Origin: Cyanophora paradoxa CCMP329
Lineage: Eukaryota > Plantae > Glaucophyta
Assembly: GCA_004431415.1 (NCBI GenBank)
Contig: QPMI01000475.1
Span: 1 to 64,000 of the forward strand
Reading direction: 5' to 3'
DNA length: 64,000 nucleotides
Part shown: positions 30,701-42,367 of the stretch, piece after piece
Position numbering within the stretch: position 1 is the stretch's first letter
How the letters are laid out: each line of letters opens with the position of its first letter
The notes under the pieces: model-generated
Databases searched by the model: none
The model's input: the letters and a program-made list of their open reading frames with translations, nothing else
What the model was told of the DNA's origin: nothing
Position numbers and translations under genes: made by a program

Positions 30701-33700
30701 ATTTACCACATCATCCAACCTCTAATGTGGTTCAAGGTTGGATTCAAAATCACACTCACACAAAAGCCCAGATTACAGATTTTGCCCATACTCACACAAA
30801 AGACCAAATAACAGATTTCGCCCATACTCACACAAAAGACCAAATAACAGATTTCGCCCATACTCACACAAAAGACCAAATAACAGATTTCGCCCATACT
30901 CACACAAAAGACCAAATAACAGATTTCGCCCATACTCACACAAAAGATCAGATCACAGATTTCGCCCATACTCACACCAAAGATCAGATCACAGATTTCG
31001 CCCATACTCATTTATGGGAGCATATCACAAATCCTCCATTAACCTTCCCACCTGATTCACACACTCATGATTACTCAACAATAACCAATAGCAACCACAG
31101 ACACCCTTGGAGCGAAATAGACGAAAAACCACGTTTTGCATCGACAGGTGATTTAGTAAATGGTGACGGATTTTATGGGGTCAGTTTCTACCAAAGTGAT
31201 ACCATCGCTGAAAGATTACAATTAAGTGAATACTATTTACACCGAAAAGGAATTGAAGCAGGCACCACAATGGAAGGAGAATTATACATTAAACAACCAA
31301 CAAGAACAACATTAGTAGCAGCAGGTGGCGATGCATTAATAGACACCAAACCGGGTATTTATCTTACAAGTTACTATAATGCGGATATCCCGTTAACAAC
31401 AGGATTACCACCGCTACCATCTGATCCAGTGGGTTATAGTCATAAAGACGCCATTTTACAAGTAAACGTTACAGATGTAAGCGCAACTGATGGTTCACGT
31501 CCAAAAATTATATTTAGTCGCTCGAAATTCAATTACGTCCCACTTGTGGGACAACCATATGATGATCATGGTAAATGTGAGATGGCGTGGATTAAAACGA
31601 CAACAGGTGGCGCCTTAGAAGTTAATCAGAGAATGGCGGCGAAAAACTTACACAATGAGACCCTTTCAGGTGTTGTAACAGATGATTACATGCAAAGCAA
31701 AAAATATGTAGATGATACACATACTCACACCAAAGATCAAATCACAGATTTTGCCCATACTCACACCAAAGATCAGATCACAGATTTCGCCCATTCTCAT
31801 TTATGGAGCATATCACAAATCCTCCATTAACCTTTCCTCCGGATTCACACACTCACGATTACTTGCCTCTCACAGGAGGAACAATTTCATCAAATCTTAC
31901 GATTTCATCCAATTTGAATGTTTTAGGAAAAATTCAAATTGGAGACAAAAATACAAACATTGATGTATACTATGATGCACCCTATTATCCTGTTACTTCT
32001 AATACAGACCCTGCTTCTACCATACCAAATTGCCTCTTAACAATAAGATTAGATGGTGTCCCTGTTGGAATAAACATCAGTCATGCCTTCATTGCAAATA
32101 GAGCAACTTTGGCGAGTCCCTTTATTTCCGGAGTTACCTTTCCATGGTGTGGATACAACACAATAACTCAATTGAGATCTGATTACAATAACCGAAACAT
32201 TGCACAACAACCTACTTATTCATATACAAGCCGGGAATTTGGGATGCCGTATCCCGTAACTGTGGATTGGTCAAAAGGTATCACCATCTTCTTTGCAGGT
32301 TCTTATAGATTTTGGGGACCGTGGGTAGATCTCTTAAATTTTAGTTCACCAGATGGAACTAATAAAGTATCCTTTGGGACAACAGGTAGCAGTATGGGTA
32401 TACATTCTTATACAAGCAATGGTGTGACTTACCCAGCAGCACACTTAAATTATCCCACATCGTATTCTGAGTTGTCGCCGAATCATTGGGACTTTACAGT
32501 TTCTTCAAATGTCTGCACTTTCGGATTTAACGGACAAGATTTAGGCACAGTCATTACAGAAGTGGATTATCTTCCACCTTCCACTTTTAGTAGGATGGGT
32601 GTTGCCTATTTCATTACGGCAGTAGGGGAATATATTATATTCAACAGAGCATTGACATTTGATGAAAGGCAAAAAGTGAGATATTATATGCAAGATTATT
32701 TTGGCTTTCCAAAAAAGCAAACAATCGTTATTCCTGATAATCTACGCATTTCTGCTGAAAATGTTCATATTAGAAATTTAATCGTTTCTTCAAATGCAAG
32801 CATTCCAAACTATACCACATCAAATGTGGTTCAAGGTTGGATACAGAACCACACACCTGCGTGGTCAAATATCACAGACAAACCATTAACATTTGCTCCT
32901 GATACTCACACTCACACAAAGTCTCAAATCACAGATTTTGACCATACTCACACAAAAGCGCAAATAACAGATTTTGACCATAAACATGTTAAAGCAGATA
33001 TTACAGATTTTGACCATACTCACACAAAAGCGCAAATAACAGATTTCGCACACAAACATGTCAAAGCAGATATTACAGATTTTGACCATGAACATACAAA
33101 AGATCAAATAACAGATTTCGCACATAGGCACGATTGGGACGAAATAGATGAAAAACCACGTTTTGCATCGACAGGTGATATTGTTAATGGTGACGGATTT
33201 TATGGGTGAGTTTCTATCAGAGTGACACCATCGCTGAAAGATTACAATTAAGTGATTTCTATTTACACCGAAAGGGAATTGAAGCAGGCACCACAATGGA
33301 AGGAGAATTATACATTAAACAACCAACAAGAACAACATTAGTAGCAGCAGGTGGTGATACATTGATTGATACCAAACCGGGTATTTATCTTACAAGTTAC
33401 TATAATGCGGATATCCCAGTTACAGGAGGATTACCACCGCTACCATCTGATCCAGCAACTTATGATGACAAAGACGCCATTTTGCAAGTGAATGTAACAG
33501 ATGTAAGCGCTACTGATGGTTCACGTCCAAAAATTATATTTAGTCGCTCGAAATTCAATTATGTCCCACTTGCGGGACAACCAAGAGACGATCACGGGAA
33601 ATGTGAGATGTCGTGGATTAAAACGACAACAGGTGGCGCCTTAGAAGTTAATCAGAGAATGGCGGCTAAAAACCTGCACAACGAGACCCTTTCAGGTGTG

Positions 33701-35056
33701 GTCACAGACGATTACCTGCAAAGCAAAAATTATATAGATGAAACCGAATTGGGTGTTGCACTTCAAACTCACAGTCATGCATGGAACAATATCACAGATA
33801 AACCTTTAACATTTCCACCATCCCTACATACACATTTATGGAGCCATATTACGGATAGACCCACCTTAGCAACAGTTGCAACGACAGGAAATTACGATGA
33901 TCTGATAAATAAACCAACATACACATCTCCAATTAACTTTGATGCCACAAATGGTCTTTCCACAGATCGCACAGGTGATTGGAGATTTTTCACATTTATA
34001 TCTCCTTATTCAGGAGCAAACACATGGGCTTCTGGTGATGAAGATTGTAGTGGCTACAAGATGTTATGGACTGTCCCCGCGGGAATGAAGACATGCTATA
34101 TCTTCTATGTGTGTCAATACAATAGTAGATACTTTGATGTTGTAGGAGTTTATCCATCAACCAATTCCTATACTCTTTCGAGAGTAAATGCTTATTCTCC
34201 TGGTGCTGATCCGAGTGTAGAGTTTAGGCAATATGTCGGGGTGAATTGTGAAGGGCTGAGTAAAGTGGGTGTTCAAGGAAGAATAGGAAGAATTTACCTT
34301 GTGGGTCTTGTTGGTTGGAGTAAAAACCCTGCTGTATCATCACAAAGTGGCTTCTTGCATTGGGACAACATTTACGGGAAACCAACAGCTTCCACAACTG
34401 TCGGACCTCACTCTCACACTAAATCAGATATCACCGACTTTGCCCATACTCACACAAAGGCAAATATTACAGATTTTGCCCACACTCACACTAAATCAGA
34501 AATCACAGATTTGCCTTCTTTTGATCCATTCACAGCCAATACGATCACAGCAAATAATACTATGTATGTAGGATCGGGTTCAATAGTAGCCCCTGCATCA
34601 CCAACAAATGAAGAAACTTGGTTCTTCCACAATTCAGCAAACTTTTATGATAAAACCCTACTCTGTCGCGGAAATGCTTATGCAAGAGCATTTTATGCAA
34701 TGAATTCGGGAACCACCAATACAATTAGCCAACTTCCAACTTGGTCTGATATAGAAAGACGTTTCAAATCAGGAAAATACGAAGCTACAAGTGGTGTGAT
34801 AAGCGCGGGTCAGAGAACACAGCATGCATATGTTTTAAATTGGAATCCTGCTTTTTACACACAAACACCTGTTGTAAATGCCACTCTTCAAGGAACTCCT
34901 GCAACAAACCCCGGGGATGTAGATTTTAGAATTGGAATCTCAAACTCCACATCTACATATACAACAATTTATGTGACATTCATAGCATCCCCTACTCTAT
35001 CTGAAAGTCGTAGTATCACTTGCACAATCCATTGGACAGCATATGGAATACCATAA
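27703..35056 (+). CDS. Giant modular fibre/spike protein (~2,450 aa) split into three ORFs by two 1-nt deletions
   Basis: ORFs 27703..31830, 31803..33209 and 33206..35056 join when one G is restored near 31806 and near 33206, judged from intact repeat copies at 31011 and 31171. Contains HxH repeats and two LamG-like modules (ELIVFNRALT). Confidence 0.8.
30751..31010 (+). repeat. 36-bp coding tandem repeat (HTHTKDQITDFA x7)
   Basis: Near-perfect nucleotide repeats; further blocks near 31718, 32908 and 34408. Confidence 0.9.
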
Positions 35057-35105
35057 TTAACTCAAAAAGCGCTTTATTTTTCTTTCCTTCTTAGTAAAAG
35101 AAGCA

Positions 35106-35948
35106 ATGGGCGAATATAATCGAGTCCAATTACCAGTTTACGCATTGGGTGCGCCCGCGGTTCACTTTCGACAACACGAGGTTGCCGACGAAATTCGCGG
35201 TGTGGAATCGACGGAACGCGCTAACTCCGCGAATGCATTTGATAAAAACAGCATGATACGTGTTAAAGAACTACGCGCCGACAAGAATTCGGGAGTGGTT
35301 AAAACGACTCAACTTCTTGTAACAAATGCGAATTTTAACGCGGGAATCGGGCAACCTGATGCATGGGGTGTGGATATTAGAACGTTAGATTTTGACGGAG
35401 AACGTGCCGCCGCTGTTGTCCGATCAGGAGGCGCTGTTATTGGTGGCGGTTGTCGTGTGTCGGGTATGCTTGCATCCTCCGTTGCTGTTACCGATATTCC
35501 CGATACTCTACCTGAGCATGCGGAGAATCCGCAACGTATCCGTATGTATACCCCATGTGGAGATTATCCGTATGTGTTTGGAATGGTCAGAGTTGGGGTA
35601 GATAACGTAAATGCAACACAACCCGATGGAATTTTGGGAAATTGGTTATTACCAAATATTGCTATTCCTAAATCTATTGAGTCTATATGTCGTTCACAAA
35701 ATGGTATTATCGGTCCAGCTTATACTTTCTTTGTTCAGGGAATCGGACGCGGTAGAGGTTGGGTGGAGTTTGATAATCAAAACCCCGCTACGTTTAATGT
35801 TTGGACAACAGAAGTAGGAGGTTATGATATTCTCATTTTCGGAATGCGAACAGATCCAGCCGCTGTGGCGGCTACACGTGGTCTCAATCCCGATAACAAC
35901 CTAAATAACTTCTACGATGATCCGTTCCCAGGTGATCCCACACCATAA
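35106..35948 (+). CDS. Spike-family structural protein (intact homolog of the disrupted target gene)
   Basis: VKELRADKNSGVVKTT...RSGGA anchor motif; aligns with 8854-9587 plus 39274-39385. Confidence 0.75.
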   Translation: MGEYNRVQLPVYALGAPAVHFRQHEVADEIRGVESTERANSANAFDKNSMIRVKELRADKNSGVVKTTQLLVTNANFNAGIGQPDAWGVDIRTLDFDGERAAAVVRSGGAVIGGGCRVSGMLASSVAVTDIPDTLPEHAENPQRIRMYTPCGDYPYVFGMVRVGVDNVNATQPDGILGNWLLPNIAIPKSIESICRSQNGIIGPAYTFFVQGIGRGRGWVEFDNQNPATFNVWTTEVGGYDILIFGMRTDPAAVAATRGLNPDNNLNNFYDDPFPGDPTP

Positions 35949-35967
35949 TTATGTTTTAATATATTAA

Positions 35968-36813
35968 ATGGCGGCACCCGCTCCACCTGAACGTATCTTA
36001 ACAGCGCAACTATCATTAGCCGCGCCCGCAAATCACGTATTACAACATGCCGTTATCGATAATGTCGATGGTTTGGAGTCTACGGAACTCGCACCTACTC
36101 TTAATACTTTCGGTGATACACATAAATTGCGACTCAAAGAGTTAAGATGTGACAAAAATAACGGAATTGTGAAAACTACGAAACTTCTTGTTACAAATGC
36201 AAACTTTAACGCTTTTTATGGAGATCCTGACAGTTATAATGATGATAACAAGGTAACAAACTTTGCTTATGAATCGAGAAACGGAGCGATTAAATGTAGA
36301 TCCGGAGGCGCTTACATTGGGGACGGACTAAGAGTTGGTGGTATCATCGGAGCGCCTCTTCTTGTAAATGACCAACCGAATCCGGATGATGAGAACACAA
36401 GAATTAGAACGTATTGCCCAGGTATGAATGAACCTTACCTAATTAAGATTTATACAATCGTTATTAGTTTACAGACAGCGGTAGCCGATGTTTTAGAACC
36501 GTTGGGAAATCATTATAGATATAGAGACACGATACCAGAGGACATTTACGCATTATGTAGAAGAACCGACGGAGCAAGACCACGCCTTACGATACATATT
36601 ATCCCCATAGATAATTTCGGTCAAGCGTTTCACTCAATACCTCTTTTAGATACACAAGATAACCAATTTATAATAAGAGCTACACAACTTGGAAATTATC
36701 GAGTCATTATGTATGCCGAAAGAAACGACGCAATCGCAACAGCTAACCGATTCGGTCAATATCTAAATACCAATCTATACAATCCCGTCGGCGGTAGCGA
36801 TCCGCTACCATAA
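35968..36813 (+). CDS. Spike-family structural protein paralog
   Basis: LKELRCDKNNGIVKTT...RSGGAYIG motif; homolog at 39409-40239. Confidence 0.75.
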   Translation: MAAPAPPERILTAQLSLAAPANHVLQHAVIDNVDGLESTELAPTLNTFGDTHKLRLKELRCDKNNGIVKTTKLLVTNANFNAFYGDPDSYNDDNKVTNFAYESRNGAIKCRSGGAYIGDGLRVGGIIGAPLLVNDQPNPDDENTRIRTYCPGMNEPYLIKIYTIVISLQTAVADVLEPLGNHYRYRDTIPEDIYALCRRTDGARPRLTIHIIPIDNFGQAFHSIPLLDTQDNQFIIRATQLGNYRVIMYAERNDAIATANRFGQYLNTNLYNPVGGSDPLP

Positions 36814-36834
36814 ATCTACGGTATATATAGAGGA

Positions 36835-37107
36835 ATGGATGAAAAAACAAAACGATTTATTGAGTCTGCGATTATGGTTCATGGACTTGATAAATTCGAT
36901 TATACCGAGACTGTCTATAAGAAGGCACAAGAGAAGGTATCCGTGAGATGCCTACAATGTAATAAAGTCTTTCAGACTTACGGATTTAATCACATTAAGG
37001 GATCGGGTTGCCGACAGTGTTCTAAGAAACACTCTCATGCATACAGAAAAAAGACTACATGGGGAATAGTTATAGAAGAGAGACCGATTATGTTGTATTT
37101 TGATTAA
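36835..37107 (+). CDS. Small Zn-ribbon protein (DUF723-like repeat unit)
   Basis: FI..A..VHG.DKFDY....Y.....KV...CLQC...H..GSGC..C resembles the DNA-binding repeats of NCLDV/phage homing-type endonucleases; no nuclease domain. Confidence 0.65.
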   Translation: MDEKTKRFIESAIMVHGLDKFDYTETVYKKAQEKVSVRCLQCNKVFQTYGFNHIKGSGCRQCSKKHSHAYRKKTTWGIVIEERPIMLYFD

Positions 37108-37293
37108 AGTTTCAAAAGAGAAATTACCATCTTCCCACATTTACCTTTGGTGATTATACAGGTATCAAAGCAACTTGGACATGTTTTATGATAATATACC
37201 ATTATGATATCGACCAACTCATACGGAAACACTTTCGCTAAGATGGTTCGCATCCTACTAATTTTGTTTTTAATTTTTCTATATAATTCATAA

Positions 37294-37695
37294 ATGAACT
37301 ATCATCGGGGATTTCACGTGATGTTGGATTACAAGTTCAATCATCCATTGATGGTGGGATTGGACAACATAGACACCACAACGAAGTGGTTAATGCAATT
37401 TTTTCAATCTATTATTCAAGAGCAAGGTATCCGAGTTGTTCACAAGCATTGCGAGATTTTCGATGGTGGTGTTTCGCCACCCGGTTTTGCGATGGTATTA
37501 CTCCTCGATGAGAGCCATTTAACCGCTCATTGTTATTCAGACCAGGGAATGTTGGCGATTGATATATTCACTTGCGGATTGGAAGCGCAAAGTAAGACCT
37601 CCGTAATATCTAAATTGATAGATGAGAGAATAACAGAGATCTTTTCAGGGTTGGAGAAAGCGGAGAAGCAGATAGCAGCGCGATTTCCGAGTTAA
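37294..37695 (+). CDS. speD: S-adenosylmethionine decarboxylase proenzyme (short prokaryotic/viral type)
   Basis: G.H...D, F..GVSPPG.A.VLLLDESHLTAHCY (pyruvoyl E|SH cleavage site) and AIDIFTCG. Confidence 0.88.
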   Translation: MNYHRGFHVMLDYKFNHPLMVGLDNIDTTTKWLMQFFQSIIQEQGIRVVHKHCEIFDGGVSPPGFAMVLLLDESHLTAHCYSDQGMLAIDIFTCGLEAQSKTSVISKLIDERITEIFSGLEKAEKQIAARFPS

Positions 37696-39267
37696 TCTTA
37701 CTTATAAAACAAAGAATTTATTGTTTTCTTACTATAAATGGTAACAGATAACAAAGGTAACAGATTTATTCTTATTTTCAGTAAGGGTAACAGAGGTAAC
37801 GGATTTTGCGCAACTTTTTGAAAATCTCGATCTTAGGGGAAAGGTTGGGAAAAATCCGTTACCTCTGTTACCCTCAATTGTTTATCATTAAACAAAGATT
37901 AATTATTCAAGAACTCATTACTTATTATGGTAAGGGTAACAGATTCATTCTTATTTTCAGTAAGGGTAACAGATTTTAATTGAGGTAACGGATTTAATCG
38001 AGGGTAACAGAGGTAACGGATTTTGCGCAACTTTTTGAAAATCTCGATCTTAGGGGAGAGGTTGGGAAAAATCCGTTACCTCTGTTACCCTCGATTAATT
38101 GAGATTGATACACCTAAGATACAATGTTTTTACAGTAAAAAACAGAATCCAATCTTATCAATTGTTTAATTGGACATAATGCAACTCTGGGGTCAATTTT
38201 GATACAGTAAAAATCTTACCCGAATCTCATCGATTGTTTAATTGGACATAATGCAGTAACCATCTAATCCAACAAAATACACCGCAATCTCATCAATTGT
38301 TTAATTGGACATAATGCAGTAACCATCCCTTCCAACAAAATACGCCGCAATCTCATCGATTGTTTAATTGGACATAATGCAGTAACGAGTGAATTATTTT
38401 CATCCGATATTTCATCGATTGTTTAATTGGACATAATGCAGTAACCATCCCTTCCAACAAAATACGCCGCAATCTCATCGATTGTTTAATTGGACATAAT
38501 GCAGTAACCATCCCTTCCAACAAAATACGCCGCAATCTCATCGATTGTTTAATTGGACATAATGCAGTAACGAGTGAATTATTTTCATCCGATATTTCAT
38601 CGATTGTTTAATTGGACATAATGCAACTCTGGGGTCATTTTTGTTTCCCGCAATCTCAACGATTGTTTAATTGGACATAATGCCGTAACGAGTGAATTAT
38701 TTTCATCCGATATTTCATCGATTGTTTAATTGGACATAATGCAGTAACCATCTCTTCCAACAAAATACGCCGCAATCTCATCGATTGTTTAATTGGACGT
38801 AATGCAACTCTGTGTGAATTTTTGCGTTTTACGATAGAATGGGAGGTGGACTACTTCAATCGTGATTGATTATATCATAAATTTATGTTCCCTCAATCGA
38901 GATTATATCGATTTTGCATAAAATACAAATTAATCGCGTTTATATCAATCGCAAAATACGTATTTTTCATTTAAATACAAATTAATCGCGTTTATATCAT
39001 TAAATCAATCGAGAAATACGTAATTTATCAAAAATTTATATAAATTTCATAAAATCATAATTTAATTGATATTATACCAATTAATTTAATCGAATTTATT
39101 TAAATTTAATTGATTTTATTAAAAATTTTGATTTATTTTTTAAATATTTTCGATTAATTTACACATAAATAAAAACAAATTTAAATCCTGAGCGACAGAG
39201 CGAAATGAGCGCGAAGCGCGAATTGAGCGATAGAGCGAGGGATTTAAATTTGTTTTTATTTATGTGT
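37589..39267 (-). repeat. Right terminal inverted repeat of the inner element
   Basis: Mirror of 9588-11265, including the array (38155-38806) and terminal hairpin (39161-39267). Confidence 0.95.
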
Positions 39268-39273
39268 TATGGG

Positions 39274-39385
39274 TATCAGAACAGATATAGCTGCTGTCTC
39301 AGCTCTTAGAGGTGTTACTCCTGATACTCTTTCTCAAACAGGGTTTTACCAAGAGCCAGATGTAATTGATGACCCAACCCAATAA
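39274..39385 (+). pseudogene. 3' part of the disrupted spike-family gene of the outer element
   Basis: Removing the inner element and one TSD gives ...TVMG-IRTDIAAVSALRGVTPD...DPTQ*, matching FGMRTDPAAVAATRGLNPD...DPTP* of 35106..35948. Confidence 0.92.
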
Positions 39386-39408
39386 AAGATATATCCCTTT
39401 AATGTAAA

Positions 39409-40239
39409 ATGGCTGAGCAACCCCCACTTGAACGAATTATTACACCACAGCTATCATTAGCTGCCCCAGCAAACCATGTTCTACAGCATGCTACCTTTGA
39501 TGATGTAGAGGGTCTCCAATCGACAGAGGTCCAACCTACAATGAACACCTTTGGTTCCACCCATAAACTGAGATTACAGGAACTCAGATGTGATAAAAAT
39601 AATGGAATAGTTAAGACAACTAAGCTACTTGTTACCAATGCAAACTTTTCTGCTCATTATGGAGACCCAGATAGCTATGGAGATCCTCTTTCTACTTATT
39701 CTTTTGAATCTAGGTCGGGAGCTATTAACTGCAAATCGGGGGAGCTTATATTGGTGATGGTCTTAGGGTTGGTGGGGCTGTTGGAGCGCCTCTATTTGTG
39801 AATGATCAACCCAATCCCATTGATCCCAACACAAGAATTCGAACCTATGTCCCAGCATGAATGCCCCTATATAATCAAGATATTCCCCATTGTTGTGAAT
39901 GAACAAACAGCAGTAGTAGATTCTCTTGTTGAGATTGGTGACCACTACAAGGTAGTTGTGGATATTCCACCAGATGTTTATGCTCTTTGTCAAGTAGAGG
40001 GTGGAACTCCTAATTTTGCAGTTGTGATCACCCCATATGATAATTTTGGTATTGCTTATCATGGAGTCAATTTCGGTTTGGAAGACTATCAGTTTCTGGT
40101 TAGAGCCACCAAGTTTGGTATCTACAAGTGTGTATTATATGCTGAGAGAACCGATTTTATTGCAAAGCAGAATACCTATGCTGAATACTATGGGACAAAT
40201 CGATATTTCCCCATTTTCGGGCAGGATACTGCTCCATAA
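39409..40239 (+). pseudogene. Spike-family paralog, frameshifted, outer element
   Basis: ORFs 39409..39801 and 39802..40239 are collinear with 35968..36813. Confidence 0.78.
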
Positions 40240-40261
40240 GAATATTGGTTATATATAGAGT

Positions 40262-40534
40262 ATGGATAGTAAAACAAAAAAGTTTATTGATGCTGCTATG
40301 ACAGTCCATGGTAAAGATAAATTCGATTACAGTGAGACACATTACATCAAAGCTCAAGAGAAAGTATCTGTTAGATGTTTGCAATGTAACAAGGTGATCC
40401 TAACATATCCCTTTAATCATGTGAAGGGATCAGGGTGTAGGGACTGTAACAAAAGAAAGAGTCAAGCACACAGGAAAAGGGCTACTTCATCAATCAGAGT
40501 AGAGTATAGGGATATTTGCATTAGGTTTGACTAG
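40262..40534 (+). CDS. Small Zn-ribbon protein (DUF723-like), outer element
   Basis: Homolog of 36835..37107. Confidence 0.7.
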   Translation: MDSKTKKFIDAAMTVHGKDKFDYSETHYIKAQEKVSVRCLQCNKVILTYPFNHVKGSGCRDCNKRKSQAHRKRATSSIRVEYRDICIRFD

Positions 40535-40557
40535 TTAATTTTTCTAAGGTATTCTTA

Positions 40558-40956
40558 ATGGAGACTAAATACAGAGGCTTTCATGTTATGCTTGATTACA
40601 AGGCTAAATCAGCTATTGCAACAGGACATGAGCATGTAAGCTTCCTAGGTAATTGGATTATGGGAACCCTTGAACAAGCAGTATTAAGACAAGGCATTAG
40701 GATTGTTCATAAACACTGTGAGATATTTGATGGCAAAATATCACCTCCTGGTTTTGCATTGGTTCTGCTATTAGATGAAAGCCATTGCACAGCTCATTGT
40801 TATTCCAATGAAGGCATGTTAGCAATTGATATATTCAGTTGTGGTAAAGAAGCTCAGCATAAAACACAAGCAGTTGCAGATGAGATCGATAAAACAATGA
40901 ATTTCTTAACATTTGAGAAGACTGAGAGACATAAACATGATAGATTCCCGTTTTGA
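40558..40956 (+). CDS. speD: S-adenosylmethionine decarboxylase, outer element
   Basis: LLLDESHCTAHCY...AIDIFSCG; homolog of 37294..37695. Confidence 0.88.
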   Translation: METKYRGFHVMLDYKAKSAIATGHEHVSFLGNWIMGTLEQAVLRQGIRIVHKHCEIFDGKISPPGFALVLLLDESHCTAHCYSNEGMLAIDIFSCGKEAQHKTQAVADEIDKTMNFLTFEKTERHKHDRFPF

Positions 40957-41369
40957 TGGGTTTCTATTATGGTGATCAGGGTGATTTACCTTTTTTATTA
41001 CAATGGCAATCGTTAAAAAAGGATATAATATATCCTTTCCTACAATAGCTTTCTACAATGATTTTCTTTCTACAGTAGCTTTTGTTACAATAGAATTCTA
41101 CTGTATGATGTAGCCGAAATATGAATGCACCCTACATTAAGCAATGTCAAGTATTTCGAATACTATTCGATTTCCTTACAATAACACTCAGCATCTGCCC
41201 TAGATTCCCCCTATTATATTATATTTATATTTAAGTGGACTCAAGGTTGACTCATATTAATCGTAAAAGTAGTAAAAGTATATGGATTTTGTTACGAATT
41301 CAATGCAAGGGTTGACTAAGTGGGTTGAGTTGACTCAAATTTCACAGGAAATAACAATGAATCAGAGTA

Positions 41370-41845
41370 TAAATGCATTTTTTGAATCAACTACACCAAC
41401 TAACACTGAGATTTTACCAATATATGAGGTCCTTACTGAATATGGTTTGTGTGACAGGTGTGACAGGTCTATCCCAAACTTTTCTATAGCATAAAAATGA
41501 ACTCTCAAAAGTTTGGGATGGACCTGTCACACCTGTCACACTCGATTATTTCATTTGTTTATTCAAGTAGAATTACATAGATAAACTTCTTACTTATTGT
41601 TACTGAGTTTTTCATTATAAAAGAGATCCTTACTGAATATGGTTTGTGTGACAGGTGTGACAGGATGCATTTTGTGAATCAACTACACCAACTAACACTG
41701 AAATTTTAACATTAAAAGAGATCCTTACTGAATATGGTTTGTGTGACAGGTGTGACAGGTCTATCCCAAACTTTTCTATAACATAAAAATGAACTATCAA
41801 AAGTTTGGGATAGACCTGTCACACCTGTCACACCCAATTATTTCA
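41370..41845. repeat. Duplicated ~170-bp unit with GTGTGACAG iteron hairpins (outer element subterminal region)
   Basis: 35-bp stems at 41449-41541 and 41741-41833, each preceded by TTACTGAATATGGT. Confidence 0.85.
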
Positions 41846-42084
41846 AAAATCCTAAGGGTCCCCCTTAGAATCATTAAAACATGATAAAAACATATAAGTT
41901 TCATGTATAATTACGATTGAATTCAATAAGAGATCGATTTGTTTTATTTAACAAATGAATCTTTTATGGATCTTAATCGAGTTTAGCGATATATTTCCGA
42001 TTAAATGAATTAAATTTAATTAAATTTAATCGAGAAAGTACATGAATATAATATCGATTAAATCAATTAACTTTTAGACCAATC

Positions 42085-42367
42085 ACACATAGTAAAATGC
42101 GGAGTTTTAACCAGAGGCAAGATCTAATTGAGATTCAGTTATATTATTCGGAAATATATACAGATTATCGATAGACTCAGTAAGACTAATCGGAAAATAA
42201 GAGAAATTTACGATAAAATATCGAAAAGAATACAAAATAATCGAAATAAATGAATATTCGATAAGATATACACAGATTATCGATTGATTGAAATAGAATA
42301 TACGAGATATATCAACAAAATCAATTAAGATAAGCCGAGGGTTAAAACTCCGCATTTTACTATGTGT
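42085..42367. other. Right terminal hairpin of the outer element (28-bp stem)
   Basis: ACACATAGTAAAATGCGGAGTTTTAACC at 42085-42112 and its reverse complement at 42340-42367. Confidence 0.9.

Larger units (their letters stand above)
9588..39267. mobile_element. Inner, apparently complete integrated Polinton-like virus (29,680 bp)
   Basis: TIRs at 9588-11265 and 37589-39267; TATGGG duplicated at 9582-9587 and 39268-39273; carries MCP, minor capsids, A32 ATPase, PolB, RVE integrase and primase-helicase. Confidence 0.95.
1..42367. mobile_element. Outer endogenous Polinton-like virus (left end outside window; interrupted by the inner element)
   Basis: AT-rich intronless block with homologs of the inner element's minor capsid, patatin, fibre, Zn-ribbon and AdoMetDC genes. 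It ends in ...TATGTGT at 42367 with a 28-bp terminal hairpin, then switches abruptly to unrelated sequence. Confidence 0.88.

Noticed and set aside
27703-35056. Diversity-generating retroelement acting on the fibre
   Set aside because: No reverse transcriptase is present; the duplicated modules are coding and their differences are not adenine-specific.
42107-42367. C-terminal part of the 258-aa ORF 42107..42883
   Set aside because: Read-through from the WD40 fragment into the non-coding terminal hairpin of the element.
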